Shown one piece after another: positions 18,553-28,998 of a stretch of DNA of 64,000 nt. The stretch's first letter is position 1, and every line of letters starts with the position of its first letter. The stretch is from Candidatus Doudnabacteria bacterium. Lineage in GTDB: Bacteria; Patescibacteriota; Doudnabacteria; UBA920. The stretch lies in the NCBI GenBank assembly GCA_041389225.1, contig JAWKSI010000001.1:51821-115820 (forward strand). Direction: 5' to 3'. The notes beneath the pieces were generated by a model. That model was not told where the DNA came from. It searched no databases and saw only the letters and a program-made list of their open reading frames with translations. The translations under genes and the position numbers were made by a program.

Positions 18553-19731
18553 CTACTTTACTTTTTCTAATAAGTCTTCTGGGGTTCTAATCTTCCCAGT
18601 AACTAAATTGTTTAATAAATATTTTTTCTGTTCTTGCCAGAGGGTAAGTTTTTTCTGGAGAGCGGCGATCTCATCATCAGCAGAGGTGAGAATATCAGCG
18701 ATTGCTTTTTGTTCCCTTAGTTCTGGAACACTATATTTAATAGACAGAAGTTCTGACTTATTCAACTTTGCTCTTGTTCCTCCGTTCAAATACATCAAAA
18801 CATTTTTATGCACCGTTGAATAAAAAAGGAAATCTTGAGAATTTTTTTCATTCGCTTTAATAACATGCGCATGATTGTTAACCCATGATTTCCCATATAC
18901 ACGATAAGCGATTGGTCGATTTTGATATTCATCAAATTGACCTCCATCTTCTGCAACCAGAATAATATCTTCATCAAAAAGATAATCATTTACATAATCA
19001 ACGATATTATTTGCACCGCAGTATGGAATAATGCCTTGCATTCTCGATCTTTCGTCAGAGTTTAATGGAACTCTCTTTGCGTCTAAACAAATAGCAATAT
19101 CTTTAAGTTTTACCTCTTTCCACTCGTCACTAAACCCAGGTAAACGTTTTTTGCCTGTGAGGAGTTGTTGCATCAAACCCTTTTTGATATTTTTCTTTAA
19201 AGCAATTTTCTTTTTAAGTTTTTCAATAGCCTCATCCCATGTTTCGAGAACAGTAGCGATACGGTTTTGTTCAAGGAGAGGGGGAAATTTCATGGGGCAA
19301 GAAAGTATGTCATCTTTTCGTAAGTTTGTTTGATTTACCCCATCATCAAAAGAAAGGAAGTAGCGATTTCTGCTTAGAGCAAGATATAAGAACTTCCTTG
19401 ATACCCCCTTTGCCCTAAATCCTCCAATTCTTTGATTTAGAGTATAAGTATTGTCTTTATTGACATAAAAACACTTTGCTATAGCTTTCCCATTTGGGAC
19501 ATCACTCATTACCATTGCAATGTCTCCTTTTTTTAAAGGGACCAAAAACTTATTTGAGTATTTTTTTATTTTTCCATTAGATGAAATAAATTTTGAATTC
19601 ACAACTACATAATTTCCGTTTTCATCAATATCTTTTTCATGCCCTTTTCCATTGAAAAAGTCTACTACTTCTCTGAGTTGTTTTTTTACCCACCCATTAG
19701 GAATATTTTGTTGTTTATTTCTGGTCTTCAT
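18553..19731 (-). CDS. hsdS: type I R-M specificity subunit (two TRDs)
   Basis: IPNGW, PPLLEQNRIA, KKGLMQQLLTG, EQKAIADIL conserved regions. Confidence 0.93.
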   Translation of the reverse strand: MKTRNKQQNIPNGWVKKQLREVVDFFNGKGHEKDIDENGNYVVVNSKFISSNGKIKKYSNKFLVPLKKGDIAMVMSDVPNGKAIAKCFYVNKDNTYTLNQRIGGFRAKGVSRKFLYLALSRNRYFLSFDDGVNQTNLRKDDILSCPMKFPPLLEQNRIATVLETWDEAIEKLKKKIALKKNIKKGLMQQLLTGKKRLPGFSDEWKEVKLKDIAICLDAKRVPLNSDERSRMQGIIPYCGANNIVDYVNDYLFDEDIILVAEDGGQFDEYQNRPIAYRVYGKSWVNNHAHVIKANEKNSQDFLFYSTVHKNVLMYLNGGTRAKLNKSELLSIKYSVPELREQKAIADILTSADDEIAALQKKLTLWQEQKKYLLNNLVTGKIRTPEDLLEKVK

Positions 19732-20208
19732 TTAATTTCTTTTTGATTGAATTCCTTGTTCAACCACAGCTTCTATATTTCTCGCAATCCAGTTATATGC
19801 ATCAGACCCTGCGTCATACACAGAAATATATTCTGATAAATTTTTGCCATTCTTTAAGCCGATTTTTATAAACGGGTTAATGCCCTTGGAACATGTTCCT
19901 GTTCGTGGGTCCCTGAGATTATGAATGTATATTCCGACCAATCCTTTTTTACTATTCCATGCTTTTTCTATTTCATACTTTACCCACTTGCTTTTATGAG
20001 TCTCCGCTCCAATCAAAACAACAACACAAGAAGATTTTTCTATGTTTTCGTCAATCCACCGACGTATCGCCGCATCTCCACCTCTTTTAATTTCTTCCCA
20101 TCTATTTGGGGTGACGGGTTTATTAGCTTCAATAACACCTATGTTTCTAATTTGTTGTACTCTCATTACATCATTACGAAAATGAAAGCTGTAAAATATA
20201 TTCCTCAT
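19732..20208 (-). CDS. TIR-like domain protein (MTH538/DUF1863, ThsB-like)
   Basis: IFYSFHF..DVMRVQQIRN, VVLIG..T...KWVKYEI (catalytic Glu), GIYIH. Confidence 0.88.
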   Translation of the reverse strand: MRNIFYSFHFRNDVMRVQQIRNIGVIEANKPVTPNRWEEIKRGGDAAIRRWIDENIEKSSCVVVLIGAETHKSKWVKYEIEKAWNSKKGLVGIYIHNLRDPRTGTCSKGINPFIKIGLKNGKNLSEYISVYDAGSDAYNWIARNIEAVVEQGIQSKRN

Positions 20209-20210
20209 AA

Positions 20211-20613
20211 TTAAAATATACTAATTAATATTACTAATAAAATAGTGGGTATATAAAATAACTTTAAGGTATTGGACCACATGCAATACAAAATAGCAGT
20301 GTCACGCAATGAATTAAATTTAGAAACAGACATTGAATAATCTATAAGTGCTTCATCTTTGATATTTCTAACTTCATCATATAAATGCCTGTATTTGCGC
20401 TCTAAAGATAAAAATAAGCATCATGAATCCAAAATATCATGATTACCAAAATCAATATAATCTGCAATTCATTTCTACAAATTCTAAAAATGCTGCTGCT
20501 AACGCCACAACTAGTGTTATCATCCATCCTCTCAGGGTGAATAGATTATTTCCCATGCGAGAAATAACCTCTTGAATCATTTGCAAATGTGCAATCTTTT
20601 TGTTATCCGACAT
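20211..20613 (-). CDS. small multi-TM protein upstream of TIR gene (several frameshifts; not in ORF track)
   Basis: Joined translation MSDNKKIAHLQMIQEVISRMGNNLFTLRGWMITLVVALAAAF...IILILVIMIFWIHDAYF.SLERKYRHLYDEVR...DYSM...ILLVILISIF. Confidence 0.7.
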
Positions 20614-20625
20614 ATTAATTTTTGA

Positions 20626-22129
20626 CTATTTAATACTCATAGCCTTTAAGTATTTTTTCATCTGTTCTTCAAGCTCTTTCAATTCTGGCTCAAGCTTCGA
20701 CAACTCCTGTAGTTTTGCTCCAATATCTACTGGTCTTCTTCAAGATATCGACATATCTTGTAATATTTAGATTAAAATCATTTTCTTTAATCTCTTTAAA
20801 CTTAACCACACGAGCAAACTTCTCGACATCTTTACGATCTTTGTAGCTTTTAAAGATTTTATCTATGTTTTCTTCGGTTAAAGTATTTTGAGCTTTCCCA
20901 GATTTATACTCTTTAGACGCCTCGATAAACATGACATCTTTTTTGCTCTCATTCTCTGCCCCTGCCTCACGAGATCTGTCTATCACCAAAATAGCTACAG
21001 GAATACCGGTAGTAGAGAATAGTCCTGCAGGCAGGCCAATAACAGCATCAATCAAGTTTTCTTCTAGTAACTGCTTTCTAATTTTCCCTTCAGCGCCACC
21101 TCTAAATAACACACCATGAGGCACTATAATAGCTCCACGACCTGTTTTAGGTTTTAAGGTTTCTACCATATGGCTGATAAAAGCATAGTCACCTTTGTCT
21201 TTAGGTGGCACTCCACGGTGAAAACGGTTAAATGGATCACCTTCGGCATTTTCGGCTCCCCATTTTTTTAGACTAAAAGGAGGATTAGCTACTGCAACAT
21301 CAAATTTAATTAATTTACCATTTTCTACTAGCAGTGGATTATTTAAAGTATCACCCCACTCAAGTCGGGCAGAGTCTTTGCCATGCAAGAACATGTTCAT
21401 ACGAGCTAGCTGGTAAGTAGAACCCGTGGATTCTTGTCCATATAAAGCGTAATCGTTTGACCCTTGAGATTCTACTTCTTCTCCTGCTAACAAAAGTAAA
21501 CCACCTGAGCCAACAGCGAAATCACAAATACGATCTCCAGGTTTTGGTTGAGCAAGTTTGGCCACCAATTTTGCAACATTCCTAACAGTAAAAAATTCTC
21601 CTGCCTTTTTTCCTGCGTCTGCACCAAATCGCTCGATCATATACATATAAGATTCGCCGAGAACATCCTCACCAACTTCAGACAAATCAATCTTATTAAA
21701 ATCCTGCATCAAGTGCCTGATCATTTTATTACGTTGATCAAGCTTGCCTAAGATTGACTCATTATTAAAGTCTACAGAAAAAATTCCTTCGAGCTTATCA
21801 CGATTCTCTTCTTCTATTTTATGAAGAGCTTTATTAATCTCTTCACCAATATTGTCAGATTCTATCTTTTCGTATAAAGCATCAAATGTAGCTTCTTCTG
21901 GAATATAAAAACGATCGAGTTTCATCTTTTCTTCGACACGCTTCTTATCACCCTGGTAACGCTCTACATACTCAGCCCTTTTTATTTTAGAAATGTCACT
22001 GACATATTTAAAGAAAAGCATTACTAATACATAATCTTTATACACTCCAGCATCAACAGATGTCCTAGAAGAATCCGCTGCCTGCCAAAGCACTTTATTT
22101 AATTCTGGTTGTGTTATTTTTTTAGACAT
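20626..22129 (-). CDS. hsdM: type I R-M methyltransferase subunit M (frameshifts near 20720-20750)
   Basis: GEFFT, DFAVGSGG, ANPPFS, PHGVLFRG, NLNITRYVD; C-terminal helix continues in another frame to 20626. Confidence 0.93.
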
Positions 22130-22709
22130 TATTTTGTAGTTTAAGAAAAATGGTCTTTAGTATATCGCGTTTTAGCTGCTTTTGTTTGTCGTGGAGGTTT
22201 ATCTGCTTAATAACATTATTATACAAATCAACTATAGTTTTTTGTTGTTCTAGACTAGGTAATAAGATAGAAGTTTCACCTAAGACAGATTTAGATATGT
22301 GCATAATAGTACTTCCTCTGGCTTTTTGCATTATTTCTGATTGAAAAGCAGGTGAGTTTAAGTAAAAATTTAAGTACTCAGGATTAACCTTTTTGTCTTT
22401 GATTCTAATAATATACAAAGAGGAGTTTGCCATTGATTTTTGTTCGCTTTGAACCAGGGAAGATCTAAATTCTTTCCCGGGAGTACTGCGGGACAACATT
22501 AGAATATCATTCTGGTGTATCACTGCTGGAGACCTGGCTGGTAAACTTTCTAGCTTAGGTAAATTACTCAGCTCCGATATCTTGGTATTGCTTACAATGT
22601 CAGATGCTTGCACCACTGGATATTGGCCGTTTTCAGAGTAGTCCTTAATATAGATTGCTGCCCCAGATATAATATCGACAAGATCTTTTAACATAATATT
22701 TGAACTCAT
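22122..22709 (-). CDS. single-TRD HsdS-like specificity protein
   Basis: LKDLVDIISG, PEYLNFYLNS, GSTIMHIS, LPSLEQQKTIV. Confidence 0.8.
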   Translation of the reverse strand: MSSNIMLKDLVDIISGAAIYIKDYSENGQYPVVQASDIVSNTKISELSNLPKLESLPARSPAVIHQNDILMLSRSTPGKEFRSSLVQSEQKSMANSSLYIIRIKDKKVNPEYLNFYLNSPAFQSEIMQKARGSTIMHISKSVLGETSILLPSLEQQKTIVDLYNNVIKQINLHDKQKQLKRDILKTIFLKLQNNV

Positions 22710-22739
22710 ACAGACATTATACTAAGTTATAATTTTCTG

Positions 22740-23153
22740 TCAAATATTTTGATTATTTTTCTTAATCCCTGCAGCTTTAGCAATAATATCTGCCAAAGTA
22801 TGGGCTTCTTTTAGGTTTTCTGGGATTTCTTGTTCTTTTGAATAGACAATTCTAATGGTCTTATCACTACTATCTTTACTCGAGTAATGTTTATTATTAT
22901 GCTTTAATGCAAATTTTATTAAATCGCTCTTCCCTTCCTGTATCCCTTGTATCAGAGCATTTTCTGCAATATCCCCAATATTTTCTTTACCCTCTTTAAT
23001 TGCTTTATTAGTTTGAGCGGTAAACCGTTTACTAGATTTCCTTAATCTGTAATAGCTTGCCTTGCTGAATCCAGTCTTTTTACAGGAATACAAAACATTG
23101 CCAGTTTTTTCTAGCTCAGTTAAGAATCTTTGTTTTTGATCTTTAGAAATCAT
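22740..23153 (-). CDS. helix-turn-helix protein resembling phage terminase small subunits
   Basis: FLTELEKTGNVLYSCKKTGFSKASYYRL...F..., DIAENAL; follows phage-type methylases. Confidence 0.6.
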   Translation of the reverse strand: MISKDQKQRFLTELEKTGNVLYSCKKTGFSKASYYRLRKSSKRFTAQTNKAIKEGKENIGDIAENALIQGIQEGKSDLIKFALKHNNKHYSSKDSSDKTIRIVYSKEQEIPENLKEAHTLADIIAKAAGIKKNNQNI

Positions 23154-23905
23154 TTTGTAAGAGATTGGTATCTATCGATAATTACTTGGCAGTAATTTAA
23201 GTCTATTTCAAAAGCAATACATTTCCTGCGTGTTTGCTCGCATGCAAGTAAAGTTGACCCAGAACCTGCAAACAAATCCAGTACTGTATCACCTATATTA
23301 CTACTATTTAAAATCATCTCTCTTAAAAGCGGTAGGGGCTTCATCGTTGGATGAAGTTTGCTTTTCTGCGGTTTTGGATAAAACAAAGCTGATTTACTTT
23401 TGGATTTATAAAATTTATGCCTGCCGTGCCAGCCGTAATAGATGAGTTAGTGCTGTGGTAAATAATCGAGTCGTCCTATCACTGGCTTATTTTTTACCCA
23501 GACAAGCATTTGCCCAAGTTTAATCTGTACTTTATCGCAAGCTTTCTTTAATGCAAAAATTAACTTATCTGAATTAAAAATATATATTGAATTATGTTCT
23601 GCAAAATATGGCGCAATGTTTTGCAGCCACCCAACAGAAAACTCCTTATAACTCTCTTCTGACTGCACTTCATCTCCAATTATTTCTGTATCATTACTTA
23701 ATTCTGCAAACTTGTATTTACTTTTTGTATAATCTACGCCGTAAGGCGGATCGGTGAGTAATAAATTAATTTTCTTTCCTGTTAATGCCTGATCCACCAA
23801 GTCTTTATCACGGCTATCACCGCAAACAAGAATATGACTACCAAGTTCGACTATACTGCCGTACTTAATTAAGTTTTTTGGCTTTTTGTCCTGTAAGTTC
23901 TTCAT
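23150..23905 (-). pseudogene. N4/N6 DNA methyltransferase with in-frame TAA at 23447-23449
   Basis: TDPPYG, DYLPQH*LIYYGW, HPTMKP, LDLFAGSGST all in one frame. Confidence 0.85.
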
Positions 23906-25129
23906 ATCTATTGATAATTAATTGTGTAAAGATAGGTGATTGCTCAATTACAAAAGCCTTTCGCTTTAATTGCTCGCAAGCAAGAAGCTCACTACCACTG
24001 CCTCCGAAACCGATAAAAATATTGTCTCCGGGTTTACTACGCCTCAGTAGTGGTCGTTCAAATAAAGACACGGGCTTCTGGGTTGGGTGCTCATAACTGC
24101 CCTGCGATTCTTTCGTCAACCAAATATCAATCATATCTTCAATGTTAGAAATGGTAGCATTACCAGTTCCAACATTGGATTTAATATCTCGTGGAAGTTT
24201 TTATGTTTATCAGATAAATATGGCTTCCCAAGAGTTCCATAAATTACTGGCTCATAGCACTTATTAAATCCAGATTTTGGAGTACAGTTGATCCCATTTT
24301 TGATCCAGACGCAAGTCCGCTTATAACTAATGCCTAGATTTTTATATATTGTTTGAACCAATCCTACGTTCCGCTGATCATTCCATATAAATATGTGAAC
24401 GTCGGGTTTTGTAATTTTAAGGCTAGTAGATATAGCTTTAGTTAAGAACTTCTCGTACTCATCACTCGACAAGTTATCGTTAAAATGTCCTCCATACTGA
24501 GATTTCCCAGATATTCCTTTATCATAATCCATGCAGATTCCATATGGCGGGTCACTAAGAATCATATCCATCTTTTCTCCGTTAGTTACTTTTAAAACAT
24601 CTGTTTCTTCAGTGCTGTCGCCGCAAAGTAGATAGTGATTTCCAAGTTTGAATAAATCCCCAGTTTTTATCTTTGTGTGTTTTGCCTGCTCTTCTTGCTG
24701 GGGCTTAATATCTAAATCTTCAAGAGAAATTTGGTTATCCCAAATATCACTTAACTCATTTTGACCAAACCCTATATCGAGCAACAAGTCTAAATCAAAT
24801 TCCTTCAAAAGCTCGTTGTTCCATGACCCAGTATTCTGGTTACTTCTAAGCAAATATTCTTCAAGCTCTGTTTTGTTCAGAAGACGACTTGGTACACGAA
24901 CTTCTATTTCTTCATCTGTTCTGCCAAGTAGCTTTAATATTTTGAGCCTTTGATGACCACTAATTACTGTGCCATCAAGATTAATAGCAATAAGCTCTAC
25001 ATAGTTAAACCGTTTAAAACTTTCAGTTAAGTGCTCTTTTTGAGTTTCGGACAAAGTCCTTGGATTTTTGTCGTAAGGAATTAAATCCTTAACTAGTCTT
25101 TTTTGCGTAGACCAAACTAAATTTTTCAT
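23865..25129 (-). CDS. ParB-like N-terminal domain + N4/N6 DNA methyltransferase (frameshift near 24170)
   Basis: PYDKNPR, ISGHQRL, SDPPYG, then HPTQKP and FGGSGS in ORF 23865-24134. Confidence 0.85.
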
Positions 25130-25268
25130 AGTATTGCTTTTTAATTGTCTAGTATAATTTCAGCAGACATATTAGCGTTACCTCAAAAGGAGTTTAGAAA
25201 ATAAAAAACTGCTTTTTTAAAAGCAGCTTTGTTTGTTATCCACTCCGAATAATTACAGCTCCGGAGTT

Positions 25269-25748
25269 TTATTTAAATTTAAAGTTATACGAACTATTTA
25301 TTCTATAACCAAGACCGGGTTGAGATTCAACTAAATTAATAGTAGTATCTAATTCTCTACGCACCTTTTTATTAATATTGCTATACCTTTTCTAAAGGCC
25401 TTCGCTTGAAGCATACGATCCAGGTGCTACTATTAATTGTTCTGAAGTTCTATATTTTATATCTTCAGATAAAGCTTTCAAAGCCATTACGCCCTTATTA
25501 GTTAAATTTATTTGCTTATCATTACCTAAATGTAGTGTCCTTGACCGTATATCTAAGAAAATAGATTTTTGATTTATTACACGCCACTATTCTGTTGCTC
25601 AAAAGTTCGATAATTCTTTGATTTTGTTTTGTATTTATAATCTATGCTTCTTGTCTACTAGATTCGTTTAAGCGTGTAGTAATATTTTTTAAAGGTTTAA
25701 CAATATGACTAAAATCGGTAATTCGTCTTAAACTCTGAGAAAGCTCAT
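25269..25748 (-). pseudogene. disrupted gene with possible C-terminal winged helix-turn-helix
   Basis: Fragments ...RTLHLGNDKQINLT...NINKKVRRELDTTINLVESQPGLGYRIN resemble an OmpR-type wing; internal stops. Confidence 0.4.
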
Positions 25749-25876
25749 TAATTGAATTTAAAAACGGCAAGTTAAAATCAGATTTTCTCACCTCGCTCTA
25801 TTCGTTTACTTATAGATTTTTATTTTCAAGCTTTACTTTCATACTATAATTATACCGTAAAATTAAACTTAAAATC

Positions 25877-26065
25877 ATGGAAATTAGCCAAAAAACCATA
25901 GATAGACTTCATAAATATTTCTTAAAAACCTATGGGGTGGATATGACAGAAGAAGAAACGAGAGAATCAGCTGAAAGTCTAATAGGGGCTTTTTCTCTAC
26001 TAATAGAGATGGATCAAAAGGAAAACCAAAAGCAACAAATGAATAGTAATCAAAATAACAAATAA
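25877..26065 (+). CDS. small hypothetical protein
   Basis: 62-aa ATG ORF downstream of TATAAT. Confidence 0.6.
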   Translation: MEISQKTIDRLHKYFLKTYGVDMTEEETRESAESLIGAFSLLIEMDQKENQKQQMNSNQNNK

Positions 26066-26109
26066 CTGTTATAATGATATAAAATTACTTAATTTTATTA
26101 AAAAATCCT

Positions 26110-26674
26110 ATGAAAAATGAAATAGAAGCAACTTTTCTATCGGTAGACAAAGATGATATGAGAGAAAAGTTTAAAGTAACGGCTATACCCTAAAAACTCC
26201 AGAGTATATGATGCGACGAAAGACTTTTGATTTCTCCAAAGTCTCCCCTGGTAAAAATAAATGGGGTCGAGTTAGAACAGAATCGGATAAAACTACAATG
26301 ACAATTAAAGAAATTACTGGTGACGGTGTAAATGATACCTATGAAGTAGAATTAGTGGTTAACGATTTTGATACTGCCACAGAATTCTTTGAAGCATGTA
26401 ACATTCACCCTAAATCTTTTCAAGAAAATATGAGAGAAGTCTGGGTTAAAGATAATATCGAAGCTACCATAGATATGGCCAGGTCTAAATCCTTTTGTTG
26501 AATTTAGAGACCATAGATGAATCAGCTCAAAACAGCAAGTAAAGAACTTGAGTTTAATTATGATGAGGCTCTATTTGGTAGTATTGATTTAGTATATGAA
26601 AAAGAACTGGAATTCCAGCTGCGGAAATTATCAAACTCCCAGAAATTACATTCGACAAAGTCCCTCAAAAATAA
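26110..26674 (+). CDS. CYTH domain (triphosphate tunnel metalloenzyme) protein, frameshifted
   Basis: MKNEIEATF, WGRVR, MTIK, YEVELVVNDF, QENMREVW, WPGLNPFVE across frames. Confidence 0.82.
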
Positions 26675-26708
26675 AAAAACGAGCCGTGGAAATAAATTCC
26701 GCGGCTCT

Positions 26709-27711
26709 TTAGTTTGTAATTTGAATTAAAGTGTCCTTAATTGGTGGGTATTTATACTCACCAGGCTCTTCCATGCACCATCCCTCCACATTTGTCCAGA
26801 GCCCTGCAATTGAAATTGCAGAATGGTGTCACCGTTAACCGAAGAGAGGTCTTAGATAAAAGCCTTTTGACCTCAATTTCTCCGATTTGACCCTGCAAAG
26901 CAGTCTTTAAACTGTCAGGTTTGCCGAAATGAGTTGGAAGGAAGAAACCAATATCCCTTCTTAAATAACAGAAGTATAAATTTAAGTATGGGTCAACCCT
27001 AGCGTAATCACCAAAACCCTCCTCACAAACTTCTGTATACTGACAAGTCGAGCAAGGATGGTTTGAGCGATCCAGTTTGTCACCAAGCTTTACCTCGACT
27101 AAGCCCCCGCCCAGTAAATGGAACCTTAACCTTTTTCTTCCCAATTGCTTTCTTACCCTTTCAATCTCTATCGTTCTTGGCAAGACCATATTTTTAACAA
27201 CTGGTCGCCAATCTTGATAATGAGGTTTTATGGGTTTGGTCACTTTCAGGGGTCCATAACAAAGTGAACAGTTTAAGGCGACACTTATACTCTTCCAAAA
27301 GATAACTGTTCTGGAATGTCAGAAGTATAACCTTTTAGCAAAACTCGGTTAAAATCAATTTTAATACCCAGATTCAGGGCTTTTTTTACCCCAGATATAA
27401 ATTGATCGTAGTCTCCATGACCACCAGAAATCTCTTTGAAGACTATTGGATTAGTCGAATGCCAACTAGTCCGTATAAAGGACAAGCCTGCGACGGAAAG
27501 CTGTTTTCAAATCCGCCTAACAATTGTCCGTTAGTAGTCATTGAAACTTTAAACCCTTTATCAACCAAACAGTGAACAACATCATTGATTCGATACTTGC
27601 CATCCCTCCACAATAGCGGTTCAAGAGCACCGATTTCCAAGTTTCGATTCCCCCTATACTAATCCACTCATCAGCGATACTCAAGATGTTACCAAATGAC
27701 AGTGGTTTCAT
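26709..27711 (-). CDS. MoaA-like radical SAM enzyme, apparently circularly permuted (frameshifted fragments)
   Basis: Starts MKPLSFGNIL...GALEPLL...SMTTNGQLL; auxiliary CxxC-x5-C...C region; ends SLRLTVTPFCNFNC...WCMEEPG. Confidence 0.8.
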
Positions 27712-28273
27712 GATCCCCCTCCTACTTTTGAAATATAACCCAGAATCTTCTCTAGCGTTTGTTCTTTTGAATCACTACTGGTATCCAAAGTGATCAAGTC
27801 CATGTCCAAAAACTTTTGAACCTCGTCAAGAAAACCACTGTTGTTTTCAAGCTTCACATCACTTTTCTTTTCCAATCTATTTCTAATCCGAGCATCCCGC
27901 ACACCGGAATCACAGGTTAACAAAAATGAATAGTCGGGTTTTATAATGTTCGACTCATCGTGAATTAATTTTATCCTGCGATCCAGTACTAAATGGTATG
28001 CCATTGTAGAAGATATGTACCTATCAGAAACAACAGAATTTCTTTTCAGAAATTTCTGAATCTGAGAACTATCATGGTCAATAGCTAACCTGTAAAAGCA
28101 ATACCTCTGAATAGGAGTGGCTGTGTTTTCAACTTCTTGCGAAACTGAGCAAAACTATCAGAAGGTGATTTGTAGCATATATAACCACATCTCTCAGCCA
28201 ACAATTCAGTTATTGTAGTTTTACCTACACCATCGACTCCGTCTATAGAAATAAACAAGTTCTTTTTCCACAA
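27708..28273 (-). CDS. thymidylate-kinase-fold nucleotide kinase, CMPK2-like (frameshift near 28135)
   Basis: FISIDGVDGVGKTT, KSP, RYCFY, SDRYISSTMAY, KPDYSFLL. Confidence 0.85.
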
Positions 28274-28283
28274 TACACCTCCG

Positions 28284-28772
28284 CTACTGAACAGAAACAA
28301 CGTAGTATTCCTTGCTATTGTTTCTGATATTAATCTCCACCTCATCTCTCTTTTTGCCGATTAAAGCATTTGAAATTGGGGAACCGAGAGAAACTACTCT
28401 TATGACTTTATCCTCAAACTTAAATTCTTGACCACCGCCAGTTGGAAGCAAGAAGTATCTAACTATTTGATTAGTCCCATACTCTTCTAACTCGACAATA
28501 GCGTAAATTGATCCATGTTGGATAGATTTCGGGTGGTCAACTTTTAAAGTCTTTAACCTTGCTAGCTTCTCCCTCAAATCTACTAAAGTTCTTTCTTGAC
28601 CGCCTGCTAAATATTGAGCCTCTTCTTTAAAAGTATCGTAACGAGAGACCATTGCTCCTTTATGGAACTTTGATTCATCTTCTGCTGCTTTTTTAGAAGT
28701 TTCTGATATTTTAATATCAGCCTCAACAATAGCGATAATTTTGTCTACTATTTCTTTCTTTAATTCTTCCAT
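28284..28772 (-). CDS. GreA/GreB-like protein
   Basis: Coiled coil with SRYDTFKEEAQYLA; C-terminal VVSLGSPISNALIGK. Confidence 0.8.
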   Translation of the reverse strand: MEELKKEIVDKIIAIVEADIKISETSKKAAEDESKFHKGAMVSRYDTFKEEAQYLAGGQERTLVDLREKLARLKTLKVDHPKSIQHGSIYAIVELEEYGTNQIVRYFLLPTGGGQEFKFEDKVIRVVSLGSPISNALIGKKRDEVEINIRNNSKEYYVVSVQ

Positions 28773-28998
28773 ATAACCTCCAAGTATTTTTTAAAATTCA
28801 ACTAAATTATTATAATTTAGCTAATAACTATAGTATAAAAATCAGTTTTAGTCAAACGAAAAACCATGTGTAGCTGTGTCTCATTTGTCTCATTTTGTTG
28901 ATTAAAATCGCGACCCGAACTCCTCAAATTTGATATACTTAAAATATCTATAAAAGCCTTACTGGGCTTGCTCTCTGCCGGTACTTAACCAGAGTGGC

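Noticed and set aside
23447-23449. Stop-codon reassignment (code 25) or readthrough as the cause of split genes
   Set aside because: The in-frame stop is TAA, other splits change frame, and long core genes are intact under code 11.
22740-25129. Intact prophage
   Set aside because: No capsid, portal, large terminase, tail or lysis genes.
26709-27711. Annotation as housekeeping moaA or as canonical viperin
   Set aside because: No moaC or other Moco genes in the window, and domain order and Cys spacing fit neither.
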